DNA of 61,040 bases from an uncultured virus (IMG/VR IMGVR_UViG_3300017917_001941) (Duplodnaviria > Heunggongvirae > Uroviricota > Caudoviricetes), in IMG/VR virus record IMGVR_UViG_3300017917_001941, one strand, 5' to 3'. Positions 28,496-38,488 of the stretch are shown here, in pieces. Both the position numbers and the translations under genes were made by a program. Every line of letters starts with the position of its first letter. The first letter of the stretch is position 1. The notes below the pieces were generated by a model, which worked only from the letters and a program-made list of their open reading frames with translations, ran no database searches and was not told the origin of the DNA.

Positions 28496-29014
28496 ATGCC
28501 TGAGATTATTCGAGCCCGTGATTGTATCATTTTTTACAAGCGGGATACGCATCCGGTTGCAATCCACCCTGATATGGTTGAGCAAGGTTGGCCTGGAGGG
28601 CAGGGGGTTCAATGGGTGGACTCTACCAATGACGAAAGAATGGTCACATTTTCTGATGGTTTATATGGTGGATTTCTTGTCTGGGGTTCGGATGAAGTTG
28701 GTGACCGATTCACCTCTATGACTAAACAGCAGCCTCATTACAAGTACGCTCAGATGTTTAATGGGGGTTGCCTGATTGCGACTTCCAGCTATGAGCGTTA
28801 TTCTTATGCTTCTCGTACGGGGGGAGGCCCCCTGATTCCTCTGGTTTATCGGGCGAATCAGGCCGTTTATTTTTCTAAGCGAGGCCTATGGACCAATGAG
28901 GATGAGCTGACTCTATCTGGAGACCCACGATCTCCGTGTTTTTTTACTGGGTACGTGGCCCAAGTTCCTAAGTCAGTGAACTCCAATTTTCTTGGGATAC
29001 AGGTGATCCTGTGA
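28496..29014 (+). CDS. Tandem paralog 3 of 3
   Basis: Same motif set, 172 aa, GAGGGG RBS. Confidence 0.7.
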   Translation: MPEIIRARDCIIFYKRDTHPVAIHPDMVEQGWPGGQGVQWVDSTNDERMVTFSDGLYGGFLVWGSDEVGDRFTSMTKQQPHYKYAQMFNGGCLIATSSYERYSYASRTGGGPLIPLVYRANQAVYFSKRGLWTNEDELTLSGDPRSPCFFTGYVAQVPKSVNSNFLGIQVIL

Positions 29015-29520
29015 GGGTTGATAGCAACAAAAGATCTCGCAAATCTTTGGATTCTATGACTCCAGAGGAGCTATGCCGAGAGGCTACGCAGATTAAGAAG
29101 GAAGTTGAGCAAGCCATCGATCAGCTCAACATTATTTATACTACCTTGTATGCTAGGGTTCGGCATCTACCCCAGGATGGAATGACTCACGCTTACCTGA
29201 ATGTGGCTAACTCAGGTAAGAGATTTTCAGGTATGGTTTTGCAGGCGTCTCGTCGAACCTCAAGTACGGAGGGGCGGACTTTGCTTTTGGCTCAGCATGA
29301 GATCGAGAGTATGGCTCATTGGGTAGAGCTACTTGAACGCAAAAAGAAAGCCAAGGAAGAAAAGCAGAAGAAGTCTGAAGGGCGATCGAAGGACCCTCTT
29401 GAAGTTTTTTTCGGGATTCCTCTAGTGTCCAGCGAGACCTCAGGATCGGAAACTCACATACTCAATGTTGCTAGATCCTCTTCTGATCTTGATGATCTTT
29501 ATGGCGAGGAGTTGACCTGA
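29011..29520 (+). CDS. Hypothetical helical protein
   Basis: GTGA overlap upstream and TGATG overlap with the portal gene. Confidence 0.55.
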   Translation: MRVDSNKRSRKSLDSMTPEELCREATQIKKEVEQAIDQLNIIYTTLYARVRHLPQDGMTHAYLNVANSGKRFSGMVLQASRRTSSTEGRTLLLAQHEIESMAHWVELLERKKKAKEEKQKKSEGRSKDPLEVFFGIPLVSSETSGSETHILNVARSSSDLDDLYGEELT

Positions 29521-32500
29521 TGTCTGGATTCACTAATGTTTACGGTACTACTTTGAGTAGTAGTGTCCTCGCCAATACTCAGCCAGGGCATTACCCTCAC
29601 GTCCCTTATGCTTCTAAGGGTGGTTTCTCGTCCCAGCTTACCGAAAAGGAACGCTTGGCTCGTCGCCTTCGGACGGCCTCTATTGGGCAGATGGGTGGCA
29701 TTAGCGGGGCGTTCTCGAATACAGTACTTTCTGGACAGAGTCCATTTTTTAGCCCGCAGCTCTCGACGGACTTCCTGGAGCAACCTCAGTCTCTGCGTGA
29801 AAAGCGGGAGATCTATCGGCATTTCTATAACTCTGATCCTATCGTGGGTCAAGCCATCGATCTTCATACTGAGCTTCCGCTTTCAAAAGTACGCCTTTCC
29901 ACTCCCAAGCCCATGACTTGTCCTGATGAGTTCAAGGACCCTGATGATTATGGCAAGTATATCTTAGACTTTTTCGAGAGGATGTGCAGGCGCATTAAGC
30001 TTTTTCAACGTTTAATTACCGGGACTCATCATTATTGGTTAGACGGCAATGTGTTTTTCTTTGCGGAAGATTCAACCGTTGATGTTCCTGCGGACGTGGG
30101 GCATTTGGTTCAGAAAGTACCACGTGCAGTTCTTAATGAGGATGGGTCTGGCACCGAATTTGAGGAGAGTCAAGTTAGTGAGTTACCTGACAGGGAATCC
30201 AAGGAACTTGCATATTACCAGAAGCATTATCAAGGATGGAGTAAGCTCACGATCTTGCCTATCGACCAGGTAAAGCTTACTTCGTTTAGCTTTACCGATA
30301 AGGTACGGATTGAGCTTATCCCTAGTGATCGAGACAAGGTTCTTTTTCAGTCTGCGATGTCTGGTGATGACAAAGCTCTGGAGATGGTTCAGGAGATCCC
30401 TGACGAGATCAGGGAGTATATCGAATCAGGCAAGTTAATTCCCCTGGGAACTGACCCAGATGAGGGCTCCTTCTGTTACCACTTGGCGGCTCGTAGAGGC
30501 GCCGGGGAAGAGCTTGGGGCGAGCCTATTGGACCGATGTCATGTGGCTGGGACTTTAGTTCTGGTCAAAAGGGATGGGAGGGTTTGTCAGGTTGCTATTG
30601 AGAACCTCGACCCGGATATAGATCAAGTTCTTTCTCATGCTGGGGCATGGTGTGACTTTGAAGTGGGTGTCCGTGCAGTAGCAGAGGAAATTGTTCTACT
30701 ACACGTTGCTAAGGTTGATCGCCCGGTTGGTTGTACCAAAGATCATAAGTATCCTGTACTTCGGGGTGGGGAGTTAATAGAGATCCCTGCTGGGTTTATT
30801 CGTCCTGGGGATTACTTGCAGATAGCGCAGGTCCCATTATCGGGTTCCTTGACTAATGGAATTGATCTCTCGGACTTCATGGACGGGATTGAGTCTGAGT
30901 ATCGAGCTAGGAGATCAGGTGGTTCATCTGACCTTCGGTTGGAGGTTGTGAGTAGAACAAAAGACAGCTTTACGGTTAGCTATAATAAGGAGCAGACAGA
31001 TCCTAGGCGGATTGGCCGTACTCAGGATCTCAATGAGGTTCTAAGTTGGGCGTCTACACTTACACAACCAGTGGGAATGCGTTCTGCTGAGGCCTGTGAA
31101 CGATTTGGGTTGCACCCTGTAACGCTCAAGGAGATCAGGGCGCAGCTTGTAGCACTTGGTTATGGGGTCTCTGTTACTAAAAATAAGACAATCATCTTTC
31201 CACCAAACAAGGACGGAATCACAGCTCCAACCTACGCAAATCAAGTCAAAACCTTTCCAAGGACAATCCCTTTGGTTGAAAGTATGGGGTACTTTCTTGG
31301 TTTTTGGCTTGGTGACGGTCATATCTCTGTGCAGGATGGGATTGATTATGGAATGCTGGGCTTTACTTATGGCCCAAATGAACCAGCATCCGTTAGGTCT
31401 ATTCAGGAACAGATAAAACCCGTGCTTGGCATGCTTGGCGTCTCTTGGTCGGAAACTTCAACAGGTGCAGGGGTTCATCTGGATGGTTACCAAGATGCTT
31501 TAGTTCGGTGGATGGCGGTCAACTTTGGGCATACTTGCGAGGATAAGCATTTACCAGATTGGATCTTCGACGCTAATGAGCAATTCCTTAAAGGCCTTCT
31601 TCGTGGATTTTGCGATTCTGATGGGGATATAACCCTCAAGAAGGATGGTAGTGTTAGCGTTCGTTTCAATAATACGAACGCTACGCTTATGGAGCAAGTG
31701 TTTCTACTTTGCACTTCGCTTGGAATCCCAGCTTCAAAGACGAATCCTGTAAAAGAACGGTGGGTCCGACAGGCTAATGGGGAGATGGCGTGGTCAAAGC
31801 CTCTTTATTCTGTTCACTTTACTCATGGGCCTTCAGTCAAGTCTTTCTTCGATTCAGGGTTCCTTGCAAAGAGACTCGATCCTGACGTGTGGAAGGACGG
31901 GCGTTCCGGTTCTCGCCATGTTGAGTACGACGGGAGGCTTTTCTATCGTGTGAAGGCTGCTTCAACAGCTATGCATAGGGGCCCAGTTTTCAGTCTCAAC
32001 GTACACGGGGACCATTCATTTTATGCTGGTTTCTTTCGTACTTGTAACTGTCTTAGAACTCTCTACTATCGAGAAAAGCTCCGTCAAGCCCAGACCCAAA
32101 TAGCATCTAGGGCCATGACTCCTAAGCGCCTCGTTTGGGGGGAGGGGTTAGCGGAGACAGATGTCGAAGATCTTCGGGAGCAGGTGGACCTAGCCCTGGT
32201 TGATCCTGATTATTCCATTGTGACCAATTACGAGGTTCATTGGGAAGAAATCGGAAGTCGAGATCGTCTTCTAGATCTTTCTAGTGAATATGAAATTACG
32301 GATAAGCAGTTGTATGCTGGCCTTGGTGTGACAGAGTCTCTCTTGAATGGGGAGTCTACATTTTCTGGAGATAGGGTCAAACTTGAAGTTCTCAATACCC
32401 GGTATCTTCTCTTTCGAGAAGTTATACAGGAATACGTTGAGGAGTACCTTTTTAAGCCGGTAGCTCGTAGGAAGGGGTTTGTCGAAAAAGATCAATGGGG

Positions 32501-32837
32501 TAACGAGGTTGTTCTTTACCCTCGGTTGTCCTTTACCCGGTTGGCGCTTCGAGACTCACAGGACACCTATGATGCGCTTTTCAATCTGTATCAAAAGGGA
32601 AGCATCTCGATCGATTTGATCCTGGAGATGTTCAACATTGACCCTCAAGACACGAAGACTAAGATTGAGAAGGATATGTTCTCAGTCAACGATTCTACCT
32701 TTAATGAGGTCATTCGAGGGGTTTATGGTGAAGTAGGCCGTATGTTGGCTGAAAAAACTAACATCATGAATCGGATTGCAGAGTATCTTGGGCTAGAAGT
32801 TAAAAAAGAAGTTCCGCCAGAAGAGGGTCGATTCTGA
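29520..32837 (+). CDS. Portal protein precursor containing an intein
   Basis: FYNSDPIVGQAIDLHTELPLSK, YWLDGNVF, GASLLDR|CLRTL, AGLGVTESLLNGE; lies between terminase and head genes; about 600 aa after splicing. Confidence 0.8.
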   Translation: MSGFTNVYGTTLSSSVLANTQPGHYPHVPYASKGGFSSQLTEKERLARRLRTASIGQMGGISGAFSNTVLSGQSPFFSPQLSTDFLEQPQSLREKREIYRHFYNSDPIVGQAIDLHTELPLSKVRLSTPKPMTCPDEFKDPDDYGKYILDFFERMCRRIKLFQRLITGTHHYWLDGNVFFFAEDSTVDVPADVGHLVQKVPRAVLNEDGSGTEFEESQVSELPDRESKELAYYQKHYQGWSKLTILPIDQVKLTSFSFTDKVRIELIPSDRDKVLFQSAMSGDDKALEMVQEIPDEIREYIESGKLIPLGTDPDEGSFCYHLAARRGAGEELGASLLDRCHVAGTLVLVKRDGRVCQVAIENLDPDIDQVLSHAGAWCDFEVGVRAVAEEIVLLHVAKVDRPVGCTKDHKYPVLRGGELIEIPAGFIRPGDYLQIAQVPLSGSLTNGIDLSDFMDGIESEYRARRSGGSSDLRLEVVSRTKDSFTVSYNKEQTDPRRIGRTQDLNEVLSWASTLTQPVGMRSAEACERFGLHPVTLKEIRAQLVALGYGVSVTKNKTIIFPPNKDGITAPTYANQVKTFPRTIPLVESMGYFLGFWLGDGHISVQDGIDYGMLGFTYGPNEPASVRSIQEQIKPVLGMLGVSWSETSTGAGVHLDGYQDALVRWMAVNFGHTCEDKHLPDWIFDANEQFLKGLLRGFCDSDGDITLKKDGSVSVRFNNTNATLMEQVFLLCTSLGIPASKTNPVKERWVRQANGEMAWSKPLYSVHFTHGPSVKSFFDSGFLAKRLDPDVWKDGRSGSRHVEYDGRLFYRVKAASTAMHRGPVFSLNVHGDHSFYAGFFRTCNCLRTLYYREKLRQAQTQIASRAMTPKRLVWGEGLAETDVEDLREQVDLALVDPDYSIVTNYEVHWEEIGSRDRLLDLSSEYEITDKQLYAGLGVTESLLNGESTFSGDRVKLEVLNTRYLLFREVIQEYVEEYLFKPVARRKGFVEKDQWGNEVVLYPRLSFTRLALRDSQDTYDALFNLYQKGSISIDLILEMFNIDPQDTKTKIEKDMFSVNDSTFNEVIRGVYGEVGRMLAEKTNIMNRIAEYLGLEVKKEVPPEEGRF
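30537..32048 (+). mobile_element. Intein (504 aa) with LAGLIDADG domain in the portal gene
   Basis: Starts CHVAGTLV; block B CTKDHKY; YFLGFWLGDG and LLRGFCDSDG; ends VFSLNVHGDHSFYAGFFRTCN followed by Cys. Confidence 0.9.
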
Positions 32838-32868
32838 TTCGATAGATCTTTAGAACTTGGACTTTTGA

Positions 32869-35800
32869 TTGATGAATATCCTTGGCACCAAAGATCGGAC
32901 TGAGCGTGAAGAGGAGGAAGCGGAGCGTCTAGTTCGCCCTCTTCCCAAGGTCAAGCCTCCCCGGCATGACAGACGTCGCGAGGAGATGAGGGTTGATCGA
33001 GATCCAGATGTTGAAGGTGACTCTGATATTAAGCGGGATCCGGATCTCTCAATGAACCGCCGAGAGATTGGCGGATCGGTAAACCACATTCGTGGTCTCA
33101 TTCGGAGTATTTTGGCCGGAGAGGCAGCAGAGAAACTCGTTCGTGTTTGGGATAACCAGGAGAAGGAAATCGCTAGTATCCCGGAGACGACCCTGAAGGG
33201 ACCCAGTAAGGCCCGTTACAAGCGCCTCAAGCCGGGAGAAACCCCGGGCGAGGAGAGACCGGAGTCTGGGCCTAAGCTGAAGGTGATTCCTGGAGAGAGT
33301 CAGAAGGGGAAATTCGATCGGAGTCGGCCTAAGCTGGAGGCCCTTGAGGGTGAGAAAGAAAAGGCTGACTCCAAGGGGCAGAAACCGAGTAAGGTCAAGC
33401 TTACGGACGAAGAACTTGCAGCTAATCTGGTTAAAAAGTGGAAGGCCAGCGAAAAACATAAAGCCAAAGATTTTCAGGAGTTTGGTGATTCGATTCCTAC
33501 CTCGGTTAGGGACGAGAAGACCGGGGAAGTTCTCTTTTTGGACCCGAGGTCTGAGAAGAAGGTCCCTTTCGAGCGGCTCCCAAACAAGGAGAAGTCTAGG
33601 CTTATCCAGGAGTTTTCCAAAAAGAAGGAGCAGGTTGGGAAAGAGCGGGCTGAGAAAGATCGAGTTCAACGGGAGCAGTTAGCCATTAAAAGGTCCTTGT
33701 CTAATGCCCTAAAAGATACTGGAGTTGAGGCCGTTAGGGTTTTGCAGGAGCTGGCCGACCCCGCGAGTGAGGCTTCCAAAAATCTGAAAGAGATTGTTTC
33801 TCAGGGGCATAAAGCTGAACACTTAGACATAGCGAAAACGTTCCCTGGGTTGCAGGGGGTAGACTGGCCTGAGTCCATTAGGAATGTGGCTGACCTAGTA
33901 CGGGTAGCTAAGCCATTTAAGATCGAGGCTGACAAAGAAAAGGCCGAAGCTAAGAGGAAAGCCGAGGAAAAGGCAAAGGCCGATGCGGAAGAAGCAAAAA
34001 AATGGGAGGCTCCTGCTCCTCCGAAAGTCCGTCGTAAGGTTAGTGAATTAGAGAAAAAAAGTGCAATCAAACTCTTGACTCAAACGTTCCCGGTAAAGAT
34101 TGCCCTTCGTTATGCGAATGAGCATCCCGATGACATCCATGCGATTATTGAGAATTACAACGCGGCAAAAGAAGCTTTAGCCTTTAAGGGTTCTAAAGAG
34201 GCTATCAAATCCCTCAGTGAGGTTCGTCAGGGATTTACTTTGGACCCTATGAAAGTAAAGCCCCCAGAGGAACTAGACGGTAAGAAACTTTCCGAGTTGC
34301 ACCCAGAAGAGAAGGCTAATGCCATGCATTCTTATCGCATGGCTCAAGTAGGTCGGAGTATCGCTCTTCGAAAGCAAGCTATTCAAGGGGTCAGGTCCAC
34401 TGGTATAAGGCCAGGGCTAGCCTCTAAGCTCGTAGATCACTTGCTAGCTTCTGGTTTTTCGGACCCTGTTGAGTATCGAAAAAAGACATTGGAAGCGGCT
34501 AGGAATTCCTTTGTCACTGGCGGGACACGTGAATCACGTGATGCTCGATTTGGTGTTGACATCCGTACTAGCGAGGCTTCCACTCCTAGTGGACCTAGGA
34601 AAGAGTTGCTTAAGAGTATTGGAGACAACCCAGATCTTCAGATGCTTGCGATTGCTTCTTTCCAGGGTGAGGACTATCAGGAAGCCCTCAGAAAGTTTGC
34701 TATTACTCACCGAGACTCACCCGAGACGGTTGTGCAGAAGTTGAAAGAGGCTGATGACTTTTTTGCAGGTCAGGGTAAGGGGTACCCACCGGAAGTTACT
34801 AGAGCCTTGGACGATCCTGCACAGGTATTCCGGACCCGAATGCGGTCTAAGTTGAGTTTATTGGGGGAGGATGAGGCGGTTAGGGTCCGTCAGCAACTTG
34901 CCAAGCTTGAATCTAATAAATACTTACGGGACCAAAAGGACTTTTTCGAGGCTCAGAAAAAGTATGATTCGGAAAAGAAGCAGTGGGAGCAAGAGAAGAA
35001 GCAGCACGAAATGGAGCAAGCCTCTAAGCCAGAGCATCTTAGGGAGTTTTTTACCATTCCTGTCCCTATTGAGCCACTCCGTCCTGTAAAGCCCATAGAC
35101 TTTGACACCAGGAAACGAAGTAGGGACCCATCCAAGCGTGAGGCACCCCCTTTGATGCAACGGTTGCTAGACAAGTTCAAAAGGAAGACTGCAAATCCCT
35201 ATTCTATTTATTCAGTGGGGGATCGGCAGAGGGGCACACTCATGCCACGAGAACACGTTAGAGAACCAGTCAGAACTGCCTTGTATCACGGAGTGCAACC
35301 TTATCCGGCTGGGCGTGAGGGATTTGCACCTTATGTTGGCTGGGAACAAGCCCATATTCGGGATCTTGGGACTCAAGACTTTAGTATGATCCTAGAGTCA
35401 GCTAAAAAATGGTTGGCTTCTCCGGTTTTGAGTAAGTCCATTGAGGGTATGGTTCCGGATTCTCGTTTTAGGGCAGCCTTGGATCTTGCGATTCGAGACT
35501 TCAGTGGCGGAAATTATAGTTCTGCGATCAACACTAACCTGTATAACTTACTACTGGCGAAGCTCGCTGGGGAACCCCAGACCGAGACTCTTTTGACTAT
35601 TCGCGAAGCCTCCTCAAACCGAACAGAGGGTAATATGACACTCAAGTTTGCCAAAGATGAAGCCAATAAGATCCTCGGTCGTCTTGATCGCGTTGCTGAG
35701 GTGATTCAAGTCAATGCTGAGCGATGGAATATGCCCTTTAAGGTTGCTAAGGGCATTGTGAACGATCTCGACAAATGCGCGGATGAGATTGAGAAGGCTA

Positions 35801-36021
35801 CTTTTGGTGAGGGCTCTCTTGCTTGCCGTCAGGTCGAGGTCTTGAAGTCGGCTAAGGTTTTGCAGCAAGATTCAGACGAAGGCTACATGGGCACGTTCAA
35901 CGCCCCGACGGCCCCGAAGCAGACTGATGCAGATGAGCCCTATATGAGTTTGTTCAAGGATGATCAGACCGTGGCTGTGCATGATGGGAAGTCCACGACG
36001 GGCCGACCCCTGGCTCCCTGA
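32869..36021 (+). CDS. Large charged head-associated protein
   Basis: 1050 aa, K/E-rich helical; between portal and protease; several K/R-x-A motifs and internal RBS+ATG sites. Confidence 0.6.
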   Translation: MMNILGTKDRTEREEEEAERLVRPLPKVKPPRHDRRREEMRVDRDPDVEGDSDIKRDPDLSMNRREIGGSVNHIRGLIRSILAGEAAEKLVRVWDNQEKEIASIPETTLKGPSKARYKRLKPGETPGEERPESGPKLKVIPGESQKGKFDRSRPKLEALEGEKEKADSKGQKPSKVKLTDEELAANLVKKWKASEKHKAKDFQEFGDSIPTSVRDEKTGEVLFLDPRSEKKVPFERLPNKEKSRLIQEFSKKKEQVGKERAEKDRVQREQLAIKRSLSNALKDTGVEAVRVLQELADPASEASKNLKEIVSQGHKAEHLDIAKTFPGLQGVDWPESIRNVADLVRVAKPFKIEADKEKAEAKRKAEEKAKADAEEAKKWEAPAPPKVRRKVSELEKKSAIKLLTQTFPVKIALRYANEHPDDIHAIIENYNAAKEALAFKGSKEAIKSLSEVRQGFTLDPMKVKPPEELDGKKLSELHPEEKANAMHSYRMAQVGRSIALRKQAIQGVRSTGIRPGLASKLVDHLLASGFSDPVEYRKKTLEAARNSFVTGGTRESRDARFGVDIRTSEASTPSGPRKELLKSIGDNPDLQMLAIASFQGEDYQEALRKFAITHRDSPETVVQKLKEADDFFAGQGKGYPPEVTRALDDPAQVFRTRMRSKLSLLGEDEAVRVRQQLAKLESNKYLRDQKDFFEAQKKYDSEKKQWEQEKKQHEMEQASKPEHLREFFTIPVPIEPLRPVKPIDFDTRKRSRDPSKREAPPLMQRLLDKFKRKTANPYSIYSVGDRQRGTLMPREHVREPVRTALYHGVQPYPAGREGFAPYVGWEQAHIRDLGTQDFSMILESAKKWLASPVLSKSIEGMVPDSRFRAALDLAIRDFSGGNYSSAINTNLYNLLLAKLAGEPQTETLLTIREASSNRTEGNMTLKFAKDEANKILGRLDRVAEVIQVNAERWNMPFKVAKGIVNDLDKCADEIEKATFGEGSLACRQVEVLKSAKVLQQDSDEGYMGTFNAPTAPKQTDADEPYMSLFKDDQTVAVHDGKSTTGRPLAP

Positions 36022-36053
36022 GTGATTCTGTTAAACCTCAGCAGGGGACTCTC

Positions 36054-36797
36054 ATGATCGACTACTGGAAATTGACACGTGACTTCGAGCAAGGCGATTG
36101 TGTGCAGAGGCTTACCCTTTCGCACGGATACTTGTCACCTTATGTGGGTGCTGTTACAGCGGTGCATAAGGGGCTCGGGGTGATCGATGTTCAGTGGCCC
36201 TTTGGTAACGAGAGGGTTTTTCCGGATGAGGTGGTAAAGGTTAACCCTAAATTCATGGCCTTTACTCCGCCTGCGTTTGATCAGAGCTATGTCACGATGG
36301 AGATAGAGAGGGCTCGCAAGGAGGCATCGGCCTCAACCCTCTGGAGGCATCGACAGTTTCAACCCTCCTTGTATATTGCGCTGGCGAAGTTCTGGCATAA
36401 GGGTGCGAGTGAGGTGATCGCATATGATGACCTCTATCGATCCTTACCTAATGTTGATGACGAGGCTCTTCGGGACGAGGTGTCAAAGTTTTATCGCTTT
36501 GCCGCTAATGCTGGAGAGCTTCGTATTCAACAACATATCCAGGGGTTAATTGCAAAAAATGCAGCCTATTGGGTAGCTCAGGATCGGCAGTATCGAGCAA
36601 CAGGGGAAGATTTGAAGGCCGGGAAGCCTGCTTGTCCAAAGTGTGCTACTCGAATGCGTCGGGCGACGTATAAAATGCAAAAGGGTGCAAAGCACAAGGT
36701 GTTTGCCTGTCCAAGTTGTCTCTATCTAATTGATCCAACATCCATTTTGGGACCGTCTGGGGAGCCACACGACTGGTTCGGGACGGGTGGTATCTGA
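36054..36797 (+). CDS. Hypothetical protein with C-terminal zinc ribbon
   Basis: Beta-rich N-domain (G.V.AVH.GLG.IDVQWP), KEAS, CPKC...CPSC. Confidence 0.65.
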   Translation: MIDYWKLTRDFEQGDCVQRLTLSHGYLSPYVGAVTAVHKGLGVIDVQWPFGNERVFPDEVVKVNPKFMAFTPPAFDQSYVTMEIERARKEASASTLWRHRQFQPSLYIALAKFWHKGASEVIAYDDLYRSLPNVDDEALRDEVSKFYRFAANAGELRIQQHIQGLIAKNAAYWVAQDRQYRATGEDLKAGKPACPKCATRMRRATYKMQKGAKHKVFACPSCLYLIDPTSILGPSGEPHDWFGTGGI

Positions 36798-36799
36798 TC

Positions 36800-38443
36800 A
36801 TGGGTTTTGCGAGGACTGCTAAGGCGAGAGTTACTCAGCCTGTGATTGGACAGGCTGAGTGGGTAGATATTCGGTCCAAAGCGTCTCTTCCTAACCCCTC
36901 TTTCGAAAGACGACAGGCCGCTCAGGTCGTTCTTGACCAGTATGATCCAGGTAAGTACCTGTTGTCCCACTGCACGATTGTGGCCTCTGTTGACACCGAA
37001 GACTCTGGGTTGCCAACGGGCATTCAAATGTTCGATGGGGTCCAGATTAACCGGAAGTACCCAGATTACTTGATAACAGTCGGGACCTCTAAGTACATAA
37101 ATAATAACCACGACGCCTGGGAGCGAAAACTCCTACTTTCTTCGTTCCGAACTTTTGTTGGTGGCGAAAACTACGTTGAGCATATTCAGATCCCTGAGTT
37201 GTCTAAGGGGAAAATCATTGATGCTGCTGCAAGAGATATCGGTGATTCGGTTTATGTGGATATTCTCATAGCCACAGACCGAAAGCACAAGCCCCTCATT
37301 GATGCAATCACTAGTGGTCAGCTTAGCACCCTATCTATGGGATGCCACGTAGGGTTTACCCAATGTACGAAATGTGGCAACATAGCTGAGGACGAGACCC
37401 AGCTTTGCCGACATATCAAGTACGAGAAGGGAACTGTATTTTTAGATGCCAGGGGGCAGCGGAGGAAGGTGGCCGAGCTGTGTGGTCACATCAAGGCAGA
37501 GCCTGGGTCAGTTAATTTTATTGAAGGGTCTTGGGTCGCGAATCCCGCTTTTGCTGGGGCGGTTCTGCGAGCGATCCTTGATCCTCAGACCGCGCTTCTC
37601 GCGGATGCCGCCCGACAAAAAATTCAAGTCGCATTCTCGCGTCCAGTTGAGGTATTCGATCCTAGCTCTATGCAAAAGGCGGCTGGAGTTGCCCCTATTG
37701 GAAAAGGGTCTAGGGCGATCCCCTCAGATCATTTGGCGTATCTGTTTGATGGTCCTACCATTGGTAGGTTGACGGCTCCTCCGGCTTTCTCCAATTCTGT
37801 TGGAGCAGCTAGGGTGCGGTCGGATCGGTTGAGTCAGATTAAGTCTGCGGAACAGGACTTTCCCGGTCAGGCAGATATGAGCGGACAGAAGCAAGATAAG
37901 GCTCCAGAGGATGGGAATCCTTTTAAGAAGACCATTGACGACCTTTATAGCTCTCTCGTTGAAGAGGTAACCCAGAGGGTTAGGAAGGACTTATCCAAGG
38001 CTGAACAGGATAAGACTAAGGAACTTCTCAATCCGAATCGGTTAAATGAGTCCCTCATAAAGTCAGCTATTCGTTACCCCAAGTGGCGTGAGCGTGCGAG
38101 GGTTGTTTTGGCAAATGTGCCTAACCCTGAAATAGCAAAACGCATATTAGCGGGTCTCATTCTGCATGATTTTGGCGGATGGGATGCAGTCGCGTCAGTG
38201 CGACGTTTTACGGGTCGTGAGATTCTTGTTATGGACCGCTTTCTGACACGGATGACCAAAAGGTCTTCTTTGGCAGGGGACGGTAGGGTTTACCGGACCG
38301 TTATTGCTGTAGGCGGTACGGCACCATACGCAGATGTAAATGCCTACCTCGCGGCTTGTCGTGAGGTGATGGGCCGTACCCCGACAGGGTCCGAGAGGGC
38401 TCAACTCGTGGACAAGGGCAAACTTTTTGCTCTCGGCCTCTAA
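36800..38443 (+). CDS. Putative prohead (maturation) protease with a Zn-binding insert
   Basis: NNNHDAW, NYVEH, KGKIIDA, TLSMGC, CTKCGN...CRHI, FIEGSWVANPAF; directly before scaffold and capsid genes. Confidence 0.7.
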   Translation: MGFARTAKARVTQPVIGQAEWVDIRSKASLPNPSFERRQAAQVVLDQYDPGKYLLSHCTIVASVDTEDSGLPTGIQMFDGVQINRKYPDYLITVGTSKYINNNHDAWERKLLLSSFRTFVGGENYVEHIQIPELSKGKIIDAAARDIGDSVYVDILIATDRKHKPLIDAITSGQLSTLSMGCHVGFTQCTKCGNIAEDETQLCRHIKYEKGTVFLDARGQRRKVAELCGHIKAEPGSVNFIEGSWVANPAFAGAVLRAILDPQTALLADAARQKIQVAFSRPVEVFDPSSMQKAAGVAPIGKGSRAIPSDHLAYLFDGPTIGRLTAPPAFSNSVGAARVRSDRLSQIKSAEQDFPGQADMSGQKQDKAPEDGNPFKKTIDDLYSSLVEEVTQRVRKDLSKAEQDKTKELLNPNRLNESLIKSAIRYPKWRERARVVLANVPNPEIAKRILAGLILHDFGGWDAVASVRRFTGREILVMDRFLTRMTKRSSLAGDGRVYRTVIAVGGTAPYADVNAYLAACREVMGRTPTGSERAQLVDKGKLFALGL

Positions 38444-38488
38444 AAAAGTTCTTATACGAGTCCTCGAATCAAAGGAAAGGATTTCCAA

